Assembly (NCBI GenBank): GCA_965237475.1
Contig: OZ250140.1
Span: 1,763,549 to 1,827,548 of the forward strand
Reading direction: 5' to 3'
Source: Dehalococcoidia bacterium
GTDB lineage: Bacteria > Chloroflexota > Dehalococcoidia > Bin125
Length of the DNA: 64,000 bases
In this document: positions 1 to 8,786 of the stretch, in pieces
Numbering within the stretch: the first letter of the stretch is position 1
Layout: the number at the start of each line of letters is the position of its first letter
Translations under genes and position numbers: made by a program
Notes under the pieces: model-generated
Database searches by the model: none
The model's input: the letters and a program-made list of their open reading frames with translations, nothing else
Told to the model about the DNA's origin: nothing

Positions 1-1
1 C

Positions 2-373
2 ATCTTCGCCGCCGGGATCGGCACCCCCGAAGGCGACCCGCGCGAGACCGACATCCTCGAACGCTCCTTCGGCGCGCGCATCCGCGACATGTACATCACC
101 ACCTCCACCCCGGTGACCGGCTACACGATCGGCGCGAGCGGCGCGCTCAACGCCGTCGCCGCCGCGATCTGCCTGGCCGAAGAAACGGTCCCCCCGCACG
201 CCACCTGGTCTCAACTCGACCCCGCCTGCGGGCTCGATCTCGTCACCCGTGTCCGAACCGACCACGTGATCGGCGCGGTCGTCGCCGGCTACGGTGCGCA
301 CGGCCAGAACGCCGCCATCGCCCTCACCCAGCACCGCGCCGCGTCCGGCGACGAGCTGCCGATGGCGCTCTAA
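2..373 (+). CDS. beta-ketoacyl synthase family protein, C-terminal fragment; the gene starts upstream of the window
   Basis: Open frame from nt 2, in frame with the ORF at 89. Translation ...TPVTGYTIGASGALNAVAAAICLAEETVPP...LDPACGLDLV...GQNAAIAL matches the KS C-terminal domain pattern (GHxxGAxGA...VPP...LDP...GxN). Tyr is present where the conserved catalytic His normally sits. Confidence 0.6.
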   Translation: MFAAGIGTPEGDPRETDILERSFGARIRDMYITTSTPVTGYTIGASGALNAVAAAICLAEETVPPHATWSQLDPACGLDLVTRVRTDHVIGAVVAGYGAHGQNAAIALTQHRAASGDELPMAL

Positions 374-412
374 CCAACAACGCCTACAGTCGAATCGGGA
401 GGCAGCCGACGC

Positions 413-1063
413 ATGGACATCGCCTGGTACGGGCACGCCGCCTTCCGCCTGCGCGGCCGCGAGGCCTCGGTCGTCACCGATCCTTGTCCCGCCGAGAGCG
501 GCTTTCGGCTCAATCGCCCCAACGCTGACATCGTCACCGTCTCCAACCCGCGGAGCGAGCACTCCTGGGTCGATGGCGTTCAGATCGAGCCCTCGGGCCT
601 GCATCGCCCGCTCAACGCTCCCGGCGAGTACGAGGTCAAGCGCGTGCTCGCGACCGGCGTCGAGACGCCCGGTCCCGACGGACGCCGCAACATCGCCTTC
701 GTGATCACGATCGACGACGTGATCGTGGCCCACCTCGGCGACGTTCGCGAGATGCCCTCGCCGGCCGCGCTCGAGGAGCTGCAGCGCGCCAGCGTCTGCC
801 TGCTGCCGGTCGGCGGCGGCGAACATCTCGGCCCCGAGCTGGCCGCCAAGCTGGCCACCGTCATCGCCGCCCCGCTGATCATTCCGATGCTCTACCAGCC
901 CGAGGGCGAGAGCGCCCCACGGACGGGCCTCGACGGGCTCGGTCCGTTCCTCCGCGCCATGGGCGTTGAGGTCGAGCCGGCCACCGACAACCACATCAAC
1001 GTCACCACCGGCAACCTCCCCGCCACCCCCACCGTCCAACCCCTCCTCGCCCGCGGCGCCTAG
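413..1063 (+). CDS. MBL-fold metal-dependent hydrolase (UPF0173-like)
   Basis: 216 aa. N-terminus MDIAWYGHAAFRLRG...VVTDP and a later HLGD motif are typical of the beta-lactamase-fold UPF0173 hydrolases. Confidence 0.7.
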   Translation: MDIAWYGHAAFRLRGREASVVTDPCPAESGFRLNRPNADIVTVSNPRSEHSWVDGVQIEPSGLHRPLNAPGEYEVKRVLATGVETPGPDGRRNIAFVITIDDVIVAHLGDVREMPSPAALEELQRASVCLLPVGGGEHLGPELAAKLATVIAAPLIIPMLYQPEGESAPRTGLDGLGPFLRAMGVEVEPATDNHINVTTGNLPATPTVQPLLARGA

Positions 1064-1402
1064 GCGCTCCGCGTCCCCGTGGCTCCCCGCGTCGCTAAAT
1101 GCTGTCGCGCGGCGCCTGAGCAGTCCCTCACCCCTCACTTGACAACCCACCCAGTCCCGTGTCAAATCAGAACATGAATTCGTCTCCTCCACTGCTCCGC
1201 AGCGCTCAGTCACGCCGATCACTCCGATCCAGGCTGAACAGGACCAAACAAAACCGATCGAAATTGATCGCTTTCAAGGCCCCCGACCAGATAGGAGCCA
1301 CAGCTCACGCCTCCGGATCAAGCGAATTTCCTGGCAGACTGATCACTCACGCGCGCGACCGTCCGCATCCGCTCCTACCCTTGTCGCCGTGAGGAGCCCT
1401 AC

Positions 1403-3304
1403 ATGACCGAGCACTCTCAGCCCGAATACGAAGTCGTCATCCAGCGCAACCGCGCTGTGCCCATGCGCGACGGCGTGCGCCTCGCAACCGATGTCTACCT
1501 GCCCGCGAGTGACGGCAAAGCGATCGACATCGCCTTCCCCACGATCCTGACCCGCACGCCGTACGACAAGAGCCCCAAGTCGGTCATCCTCGACGGTGAA
1601 TGGTGGGCCCGCCGCGGCTACGCCCGCGTGATCCAGGATGTGCGCGGCCGCTTCGCCTCCGAAGGCGACTTCTATCTGCTCAAGAACGAAGCCGAAGACG
1701 GCTACGACACGGTCGAGTGGCTTGCCGAGCAGCCCTGGTGCGACGGCCAGGTCGGCATGGTCGGCACCTCCTACCTCGCCTGGGTGCAGTCCGCCGCCGC
1801 CACCCAGAATCCGCCCCACCTCGCGGCGATGTGGGTCAATCAGGGCGCGTTCAACGGGCTCAGCTCATCGCTGCGGCAGGGCGGCGCGATCGAGCTGCGC
1901 TGGCTCGCCTGGGCATTCTGGAACGCCCCGGTCTCGCCCGAAGCCGAGGCCGACCCGATCCTCTACCAGGCCCTCGACCGCGCCGCCGTCGACCTGCGCG
2001 CCTGGCTCGCCCGCCTGCCCTGGCGCCCCGGCGACACACCCCTCTCGCTGACCAGGGACTACGAACGCTGGGCCATCGACCTGCTCACCCAGGCGACCGA
2101 GCAGGACTGGCTCTGGCAGCTCCCGAGCATGAACTTCGAGCGCTTCATCGACCAGACCGCCGACGTGCCGACGGTCTACAGCGGCGGCTGGTACGACTCC
2201 TACACGCGCGCCACCACCGAGTCCTTCGCCGCCTTCAGCCACGCCAAGGCGTCGCCGCAGTACCTGTTGATGGGTCCCTGGACGCACGGCGACGAACCGC
2301 TCGACCGCAGCTGGTCGGGCGATGCCGACTTCGGCCCCACCGCGCCGACCAGCGGCAACCTCGCCGAGAGCGTCCCGCACCTGCGGCTCCAGTTCTTCGA
2401 CCACGTGCTCAAGGGACTGCGTTCCGGCTGGGACCACGTCGCCCCGGCGCGCATCTTCGTGATGGGCGGCGGCAGCGGCCGGCGGATCGCCTCCGGCCGC
2501 ATCGACCACGGCGGCGCGTGGCGCGACGAGCAGGAGTGGCCGCCGGACCGCGCCGAGACGCACAGCTGGTACCTGCACGTCGACGGTTCGCTGCAGCCGG
2601 CGAAGGCCGCAGCCGGCGCCGCCGCCTCGCAGTACGACTTCGACCCGCGCCGACCGGTGCCCTCGATCTCGGCCAATGTCTCCTCGCTGCGGGAGTACGC
2701 GCCGCCCGACCCCGGCCTCAAAGACGGCATCTGGCCGCCCACGATTCGATCCCGCGAGCTGATCCAGCCCGGCGGCGCAGACCAGCGCGAGCGCCCCGAC
2801 GTGATGGGCGCAGAGCCGCCCTGGCTCCCGACCGCCGCCCGCAGCGACGTGCGCTCGTTCCGCACCGCCCCGCTCGACGCCGACCTGGAAGTCACCGGCC
2901 CGGTCACCGTCACGCTCTGGGTCTCGACCGATGCGCGCGACACCGATCTCACCGCGATCCTGCTCGACTGCTACCCGCCCAGCCCCGACTATCCCGAGGG
3001 CTACGCCCTGCGCCTCAGCGACAGCATCAAGCGGCTCCGCTTCCGCCTCGGCGCAGAGCGCGAAGACCTGGTTCGTCCCGGCGAGGTCGTCGAAGTCCCG
3101 ATCGAACTCTATCCCACCAGCAATCTGTTCGCCAGCGGACACCGCATCGGCGTCGAGATCAGCAGCTCCAACTATCCCCGCTTCGACATCAATCCCAACA
3201 CCGGCGAACCGATCGGCCAACACACCCACACCAAGGTGGCAAGAACCAAAATCTGGCACGATGCCAGCCACCCCAGCCGCATCGACCTCCCGGTCGTGGA
3301 ATAG
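1403..3304 (+). CDS. CocE/NonD family hydrolase (X-Pro dipeptidyl-peptidase S15-like)
   Basis: 633 aa. RDGVRLATDVYLP...TRTPYDK...GYARVIQDVRGRFASEG...VGMVGTSYLAW is the CocE/NonD alpha/beta hydrolase signature, with a C-terminal beta-sandwich. Confidence 0.8.
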   Translation: MTEHSQPEYEVVIQRNRAVPMRDGVRLATDVYLPASDGKAIDIAFPTILTRTPYDKSPKSVILDGEWWARRGYARVIQDVRGRFASEGDFYLLKNEAEDGYDTVEWLAEQPWCDGQVGMVGTSYLAWVQSAAATQNPPHLAAMWVNQGAFNGLSSSLRQGGAIELRWLAWAFWNAPVSPEAEADPILYQALDRAAVDLRAWLARLPWRPGDTPLSLTRDYERWAIDLLTQATEQDWLWQLPSMNFERFIDQTADVPTVYSGGWYDSYTRATTESFAAFSHAKASPQYLLMGPWTHGDEPLDRSWSGDADFGPTAPTSGNLAESVPHLRLQFFDHVLKGLRSGWDHVAPARIFVMGGGSGRRIASGRIDHGGAWRDEQEWPPDRAETHSWYLHVDGSLQPAKAAAGAAASQYDFDPRRPVPSISANVSSLREYAPPDPGLKDGIWPPTIRSRELIQPGGADQRERPDVMGAEPPWLPTAARSDVRSFRTAPLDADLEVTGPVTVTLWVSTDARDTDLTAILLDCYPPSPDYPEGYALRLSDSIKRLRFRLGAEREDLVRPGEVVEVPIELYPTSNLFASGHRIGVEISSSNYPRFDINPNTGEPIGQHTHTKVARTKIWHDASHPSRIDLPVVE

Positions 3305-3475
3305 CCGCTCGTCCCCCGTTCCAATCGCCGACCGACGCCAGCGGCGGAGGGCGGTCAGGACAGCAAGGGCGCCGCGACCCCCTGCATATTCGTCCAGATG
3401 CAATGCGTCGACGCCAGTAGGAGCCCTCTATTGCTCGCAATTGTTAGTCACTTATCGTAACTTGGCGTTGAGCGG

Positions 3476-4738
3476 ATGGTCGTGCACATGAACGAGCGGC
3501 TGATGGAGCGGCGTGAGCGAGAACTCCGGCTCGGCGAGGTCTTTACGCCGTCTGCCCCGATCGATCGGCTGCGTCTGTTCGCGGGGCGTGATCAGCAGCG
3601 CCTGGCTGTGTTGGACGCCATTCTGCAACGCGGCCGGCACGCCGTGCTATTCGGTGAGCGTGGAGTCGGAAAGACCTCGCTCGCCAGCATCTTGCGTGAG
3701 TATCTGGAAGACGCGGGAGAATCCGTCATCGCACCCCGCGTCAACTGTGACGACGGCGACGATTATTCGGCGATTTGGCGCAAGGCCTTCGACGACCTGC
3801 AGTTCACCGTGCAACGTCGCAGCATCGGATTTGCGGCGCAGATCGAGGAGGTCGTCCACACGGCGAATGACATGCTTGGCGCGAGTGACCCCATCACCCC
3901 GCACCAGGTGCGCCTCTTGCTCGAACAGCTCGGGGCTCATGCGGTGCTGGTCGTGATCATCGACGAGTTTGACCGCGTCGCCGCTCGGGTCGGCACGCAG
4001 TTCGCCGACACGATCAAAATGCTGTCCGATCAGTCCGTGCCAGCCACCCTGGTGCTGGTAGGCGTTGGGCAATCCGTTCGATCGCTCATCGTTGAGCACG
4101 AGTCAATCGAGCGGGCGCTGGCGCAGGTGCGCATGCCACGCATGTCGATCTCGGAGCTGCAACAGATCGTGGACGGTGGGCTTGCGGAAGTCGACATGAC
4201 CGCGGCGATGGATGCGCGGGACCGGATTGCAGTGCTGTCGCAGGGTTTGCCGCACTACACGCATCTGGTCTCGCTGTATGCAGCTCGTCATGCAAACGAC
4301 GCTGAATCGCTTGTGGTGCGCGCATTGGATGTCGCCGCAGGAGTCCGTGAGGCGGTGGCCAATGTTCAAGAGACCATCGCCACGACGCATCACCGCGCTG
4401 TGATGAGCGCCCGGGCCGATTCGCTGTATCGCCAGGTTGCTCTCGCCTGCGCGCTCACGAACACAGACGAGTTGGGCTACTTCACCGCGACGTCCGTTCG
4501 AATCCCGATGGCCGCCATCATGGGCAAGCCCTACGCGATTCCCGCGTTCGCGAGGCACATGACTGAGTTTTGCGGCGATCAGCGCGGCGCCATCCTTGAG
4601 AAGATTGGAACACGCCGCAACTATCGCTATCGGTTCCGCAACCCGCTGCTGCCGCCCTACATCGTGATGAGCGGCATCGCGAACGGGCTGATCGCCGATG
4701 GAGACGCGGCCCGGATCCAGAACGCGTCGAGCGACTGA
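3476..4738 (+). CDS. AAA ATPase of the Arch_ATPase (PF01637-like) family, function unknown
   Basis: 420 aa. FAGRDQQRLAVLDAILQRGRHAVLFGERGVGKTSLA (Walker A) and VLVVIIDEFDRV (Walker B). AT-rich leader with palindromes upstream. Alternative ATG at 3488. Confidence 0.6.
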   Translation: MVVHMNERLMERRERELRLGEVFTPSAPIDRLRLFAGRDQQRLAVLDAILQRGRHAVLFGERGVGKTSLASILREYLEDAGESVIAPRVNCDDGDDYSAIWRKAFDDLQFTVQRRSIGFAAQIEEVVHTANDMLGASDPITPHQVRLLLEQLGAHAVLVVIIDEFDRVAARVGTQFADTIKMLSDQSVPATLVLVGVGQSVRSLIVEHESIERALAQVRMPRMSISELQQIVDGGLAEVDMTAAMDARDRIAVLSQGLPHYTHLVSLYAARHANDAESLVVRALDVAAGVREAVANVQETIATTHHRAVMSARADSLYRQVALACALTNTDELGYFTATSVRIPMAAIMGKPYAIPAFARHMTEFCGDQRGAILEKIGTRRNYRYRFRNPLLPPYIVMSGIANGLIADGDAARIQNASSD

Positions 4739-4757
4739 TGCCGGCGCATCGCCGTGC

Positions 4758-5129
4758 CTAGCCGAGCAACCCCCACGCTCGTTGCATGCGCTTCGGCAGG
4801 CCTGCCGCCACCAGGCGCCAGGAGTCCTCGATCAGCTCTTCCAGCTCGTCGTCGGGCATCTCGCCGTTGAGCTGAACGGCGATCCAGTGCTGCTTGCTCA
4901 GATAGGCCGGGCTGCTGACCGACTCGTACTTGCCATGCAGCAGCGGCACGAGCGCCGGGTCGACCTTGATGCTGATCCCGCTCTGCTCCGTCGTCCCGCC
5001 GCCGAGGAAGCAGAAGATCTTGCCCTTCCCGGCCGGCCCGAGCTTGTAGACGAGGTCGTCTTCCCAGGGCGTGTCAGGCCACGCGCCGGGCAGCGATTCG
5101 CACAGCGCCTCGACCTGCTCACGGTCCAT
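4758..5129 (-). CDS. MmcQ/YjbR family DNA-binding protein
   Basis: 123 aa. Sequence pattern of the YjbR/MmcQ family (…KGKIFCFL…HWIAVQLNG…). Confidence 0.75.
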   Translation of the reverse strand: MDREQVEALCESLPGAWPDTPWEDDLVYKLGPAGKGKIFCFLGGGTTEQSGISIKVDPALVPLLHGKYESVSSPAYLSKQHWIAVQLNGEMPDDELEELIEDSWRLVAAGLPKRMQRAWGLLG

Positions 5130-6061
5130 CAGCTCGGCTCGCCCGTCAGGAAGCGGCGCGGCACGTCGCGCATCATCAAATCCACCGTCTCCGCGGGCAC
5201 GCCGTCGCCGATCATCGCCGGCAGCGCCACAGTCGCCAGGAAGAGGTAGGTCGTCGGCGACTGCTCATTGTGCACGCCCGGCGCATAGTCGTGGCCGAGC
5301 ATGATCTTCTCCGCCCAGCCGCGCCTGATCAGCTCCTCGACGGTCGCGTTGCGCGCCACCCAGTTGGGCCGCCCGCGCCCGTCGGGCGGGCCCGGATAGC
5401 GATCCATCGAGAGGTAGACGCCTGCCTTGAGCAGGTCCTCGAGGTAGTCCGCGTCGGTCGAATCGGCCGAGTGGCCAACGCAGATGCGGTCCATCGGCGC
5501 GTCTTCCTCCTGGAAGATCTCCACCTGCCGACGCCCCACCTCGAGCGGCGCCCAGTGGTGCGTGCTGATCGGGCAGCCGGTTCGCTTGAGCGCGCGCACC
5601 GCGGCGCGCAGCACCAACTCGGCCTGCGGCGTCACGCCCTCCGCGTCGTTGGCGACCTTGATCGCGCCCGGCTTGATCCCCGTCGCGCCGATCCCGACCT
5701 CGACCTCGCGGACGAACACGTCGGCGATCTCGTCGGGATGCTTGTTCCAGAACCAGCGCGGGATGTCGCGCCACAGGCCGGTCGCGCAGACGACGTTGAC
5801 GCCGCTGGCGGCCGAGACCTCCGCCATCAGCTCCACATCGCGCTGGAGGTCGGGCGTGCTCAGCTCGATCAGCGAATCGACCCCGCCGGCCTTCGCCTCC
5901 GTCAGTTCGCGGATCGATCGGGCCTTGATCGCCTCGCGGTCGACGAGCCACGGATAGTGCGTCGTGATGACAGCCGGCTGCATCGCGACATGCTCGTGGC
6001 TCAGCGTGAAGCCGAGTTCAGCGCTGTCGATTAGTCCGAGCACGGTTTCGATCGTGGCCAT
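5129..6061 (-). CDS. phosphotriesterase-family (PTE-homology) amidohydrolase
   Basis: 310 aa. GFTLSHEHV...LIELSTPDLQRD...IKVA...STHH...VGHSAD...LGHDY matches the metal-ligand pattern of the PTE/PHP family. Confidence 0.8.
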   Translation of the reverse strand: MATIETVLGLIDSAELGFTLSHEHVAMQPAVITTHYPWLVDREAIKARSIRELTEAKAGGVDSLIELSTPDLQRDVELMAEVSAASGVNVVCATGLWRDIPRWFWNKHPDEIADVFVREVEVGIGATGIKPGAIKVANDAEGVTPQAELVLRAAVRALKRTGCPISTHHWAPLEVGRRQVEIFQEEDAPMDRICVGHSADSTDADYLEDLLKAGVYLSMDRYPGPPDGRGRPNWVARNATVEELIRRGWAEKIMLGHDYAPGVHNEQSPTTYLFLATVALPAMIGDGVPAETVDLMMRDVPRRFLTGEPS

Positions 6062-6112
6062 CGTTCACCTCCATGCGCAACGCGGTTGGCGCCTGGATCG
6101 TAGTGAACGGGA

Positions 6113-7390
6113 TCAGGCTTCGGCGCTGGTCAGGTTCTCGAGGAACTCGATGTTGGTCTTGGTCCGGGCCAGCCGGTCGAGCAGCCGCTCGGTCGGCTCC
6201 GTGCTGTTGCCGCCCGAGCCGGCCAGCACCGACATCATCCGGCGCAGCAGCCACATGCGCTGCAGCTCCTCGCCCGAGAGCAGCAGCTCCTCGCGGCGCG
6301 TGCTGCTCGCGGCGATGTCGATCGACGGGTAGATGCGCCGCTCGGAGAGCTTGCGGTCGAGCCGCACCTCCCAGTTGCCGGTGCCCTTGAACTCCTCGAA
6401 AACCACGTCGTCGAGGCGGCTGCCGGTGTCGACCAGGCAGGTCGCGATGATCGTCAGGCTGCCGCCCTCTTCGGCCTTGCGCGCCGAGCCAAAGAAGCGC
6501 TTCGGCGGGTAGAGCGCGACCGGGTCGATGCCACCCGAGAGCGTGCGACCGGTCGAGGGCATTTCGAGGTTGTAGGCGCGCGTCAGCCGCGTGATCGAGT
6601 CGAGCAGGATCACCACGTCGCGGCCCATCTCCATCAGCCGCTTGGCGCGCTCCAGGCCCAGCTCGGCGCAGCGCGTGTGATCTTCGACCGGCTCGTCGAA
6701 CGTCGAGGCGACCACTTCGCCGCGCACCGTGCGCCGCATCTCGGTGACTTCCTCGGGGCGTTCGCCGATCAGCACGACCATCAGGTGTACGTCGGGGTGG
6801 TTGGTGGCGATGCCGTTGGCGATCGCCTGCAGCAGCATGGTCTTGCCGGCCTTGGGCGGCGAGACGATCAGTCCGCGCTGCCCGCGGCCCATCGGCGCGA
6901 CGAGGTCGATCACGCGGCCCGAAAGCTCGCTCGGATCTTCGCTCTCGATCGTGAACCGCTGGTGCGGGAAGACGGCGGTCAGCGTCTCGAAGTGGGGCCG
7001 CTGCCTGGCCAGCTCGGGCTCGGCACCGTTGACCAGCACCGCGTCCTGCAGGCCGTAGTACTTCTCGCCGCTCTTGGGCGGGCGGACCGGGCCGATCACG
7101 TAGTCGCCGCTGCGCAGGTCGTGGCGGCGCACGTGCGCCTGCGAGACGTAGACATCGGTCGGCGCGGGCAGCAGCGATTCGCCGCGCAGGAAGCCGTAGC
7201 TGTCGTCGACGACTTCCAGCACGCCGCCCGAGAGCACGTTGCCCTCGGCCTCGCTCTCGGCCTGCAGGATGCGCAGGATGATGTCCTGCTTCTTCAGGCC
7301 GGTGAGGCCGCGAACCTCCAGTTCGCGGGCGCGCGTGAGCAGCTCATCGCGCGTATGGGACTCGAGATCGGTGATGGTCAGGGTCGTCAC
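6113..7390 (-). CDS. rho: transcription termination factor Rho
   Basis: …[15 protein letters not shown]… at the N-terminus, P-loop [12 protein letters not shown] and [20 protein letters not shown] at the C-terminus. Likely GTG start at 7390 with AGAGGT upstream; the ORF continues to an ATG at 7447. Confidence 0.9.
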   Translation of the reverse strand: MTTLTITDLESHTRDELLTRARELEVRGLTGLKKQDIILRILQAESEAEGNVLSGGVLEVVDDSYGFLRGESLLPAPTDVYVSQAHVRRHDLRSGDYVIGPVRPPKSGEKYYGLQDAVLVNGAEPELARQRPHFETLTAVFPHQRFTIESEDPSELSGRVIDLVAPMGRGQRGLIVSPPKAGKTMLLQAIANGIATNHPDVHLMVVLIGERPEEVTEMRRTVRGEVVASTFDEPVEDHTRCAELGLERAKRLMEMGRDVVILLDSITRLTRAYNLEMPSTGRTLSGGIDPVALYPPKRFFGSARKAEEGGSLTIIATCLVDTGSRLDDVVFEEFKGTGNWEVRLDRKLSERRIYPSIDIAASSTRREELLLSGEELQRMWLLRRMMSVLAGSGGNSTEPTERLLDRLARTKTNIEFLENLTSAEA

Positions 7391-7575
7391 GGCTACCTCT
7401 GATTGCCGACGCTGCGTGCTGCGTGGAAGAGCTGCGCGCGAACGCACGGCGGGACACTGATGCGGTCATTGCTCAACGGTGAGACGGAGCGGCCCGCGGA
7501 ACGAAGTTGCGAGACTGATCGTATGCGACTCGTGCGCTTGCCTGCAAGCACCCGCGCGACACGGGTCACAGAGCA

Positions 7576-8265
7576 CTAGCTGACCGGAGTCGCGCTGAGC
7601 TGCGCCTGGGCCGACCGCCAGTCGGCCAGGAAGGCGTCGATCCCCTTGTCGGTCAGCGGGTGCTTGAGCATCTGCTCGATCACGCTGAAGGGCAGCGTCG
7701 CGATGTGCGCGCCCGCCAGCGCGCAGCGCGCCACATGCTGCGGACCACGCAGCGAGGCGGCGATCACCTGGGTCGGCAGGTGGTACTGGTCGAGCACGGC
7801 AACCACATCCTGGACCAGCTCGACGCCGTCCTGGCCGATGTCGTCGAGCCGTCCCACGAACGGGCTGACAAAGGCCGCGCCGGCGCGGGCCGCCAGCAGC
7901 GCCTGATTGAGCGAGAAGATCAGCGTCGTGTTGACCTGGATCCCGCGCTCGCTGACGCGGTGAATCGCGCCCAGCCCGGCGGCGTCGATCGGGATCTTCA
8001 CCACCACCTGCTCATGCCAGGAGGCCAGCTCGATCGCTTCGGCGACCAGCTCCTCCTCGCTGCGCGAGACGCACTCGGCGGAGATCGGCCCATCGACCAG
8101 CTCCGCGATCCGCACCACGCGTTCGCGGTATTGCAGCGCTCCGTCGCCTTCGCGGGCGACCGCCCGGGCGTGCAGCGAGGGGTTGGTCGTCACGCCGTCG
8201 CAGACGCCCCAGGCGACCGCTCGCTCGATCTCGTCGAGGTGGCCAGTGTCGAGAAAGATACGCAT
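7576..8265 (-). CDS. tal: transaldolase / fructose-6-phosphate aldolase family protein
   Basis: 229 aa. MRIFLDTGHLDEIERAVAWGVCDGVTTNPSL...KIPI...; short Fsa/TalC-type class I aldolase. Confidence 0.85.
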   Translation of the reverse strand: MRIFLDTGHLDEIERAVAWGVCDGVTTNPSLHARAVAREGDGALQYRERVVRIAELVDGPISAECVSRSEEELVAEAIELASWHEQVVVKIPIDAAGLGAIHRVSERGIQVNTTLIFSLNQALLAARAGAAFVSPFVGRLDDIGQDGVELVQDVVAVLDQYHLPTQVIAASLRGPQHVARCALAGAHIATLPFSVIEQMLKHPLTDKGIDAFLADWRSAQAQLSATPVS

Positions 8266-8292
8266 CGGTCGGGGTCCTCTCAGGCGTCGGGA

Positions 8293-8769
8293 TCAGGGTT
8301 GCAGGGTGACGAGCGCGACCTGGACGGGTAACAGGATCAGCATCAACACTGAGAAGACTAGCGGGCCGCGATCGGCCAGCGCATCCTGCAGTTCGTCGGA
8401 CACCACGCCGGTCTTGCGCGCCTGCAGCGAAAGCAGTCGCACGCGCCGCAGGCCGGCGAACATGCCGGGCACCAGCACGAACAGCGCAATCAGGTAGAGA
8501 ATCTCGACCGCCAACAGCCAGCCCGTGGTGATCGGGTCCGCGGCATCGGAGCGGATGCCCCAGATGGCGCCGAGCACCCCTGTCGCGATGATCCCGGGCA
8601 GCAGCATCCGGGTGTGCGCGCGGTCGCCGCTGTTGAACAGCACATCGCGCTCGACCGGGTCCTCGGTCTGCCAGGCGCGGGTCAGCGCGAGCGTCAATGC
8701 GCTGACGCCGCCGCCGTAGACCAGCGCGGCGATGGCGAGCAGAAAGCGAAAGACATCGTCGGCGGACAC
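8293..8769 (-). CDS. DUF2269-like integral membrane protein
   Basis: 158 aa with four predicted TM helices. Classic small-membrane-protein pattern. Confidence 0.55.
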   Translation of the reverse strand: MSADDVFRFLLAIAALVYGGGVSALTLALTRAWQTEDPVERDVLFNSGDRAHTRMLLPGIIATGVLGAIWGIRSDAADPITTGWLLAVEILYLIALFVLVPGMFAGLRRVRLLSLQARKTGVVSDELQDALADRGPLVFSVLMLILLPVQVALVTLQP

Positions 8770-8786
8770 CGCGCGGCTGCCTGGCG

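Noticed and set aside
1159-1392. 77-aa ORF in the leader upstream of the CocE-like gene
   Set aside because: Ser/Arg/Asn-rich low-complexity translation in an AT-richer non-coding-looking interval with no RBS. More likely a 5' UTR or regulatory region.
1600-3420. Long ORFs (606 aa on the + strand, and 512 aa on the - strand at 1865-3403) overlapping the CocE/NonD hydrolase gene
   Set aside because: Arg/Pro/Ala-rich, low-complexity translations typical of off-frame or antisense reading of high-GC coding DNA. The in-frame CocE-like product has a clear family signature.
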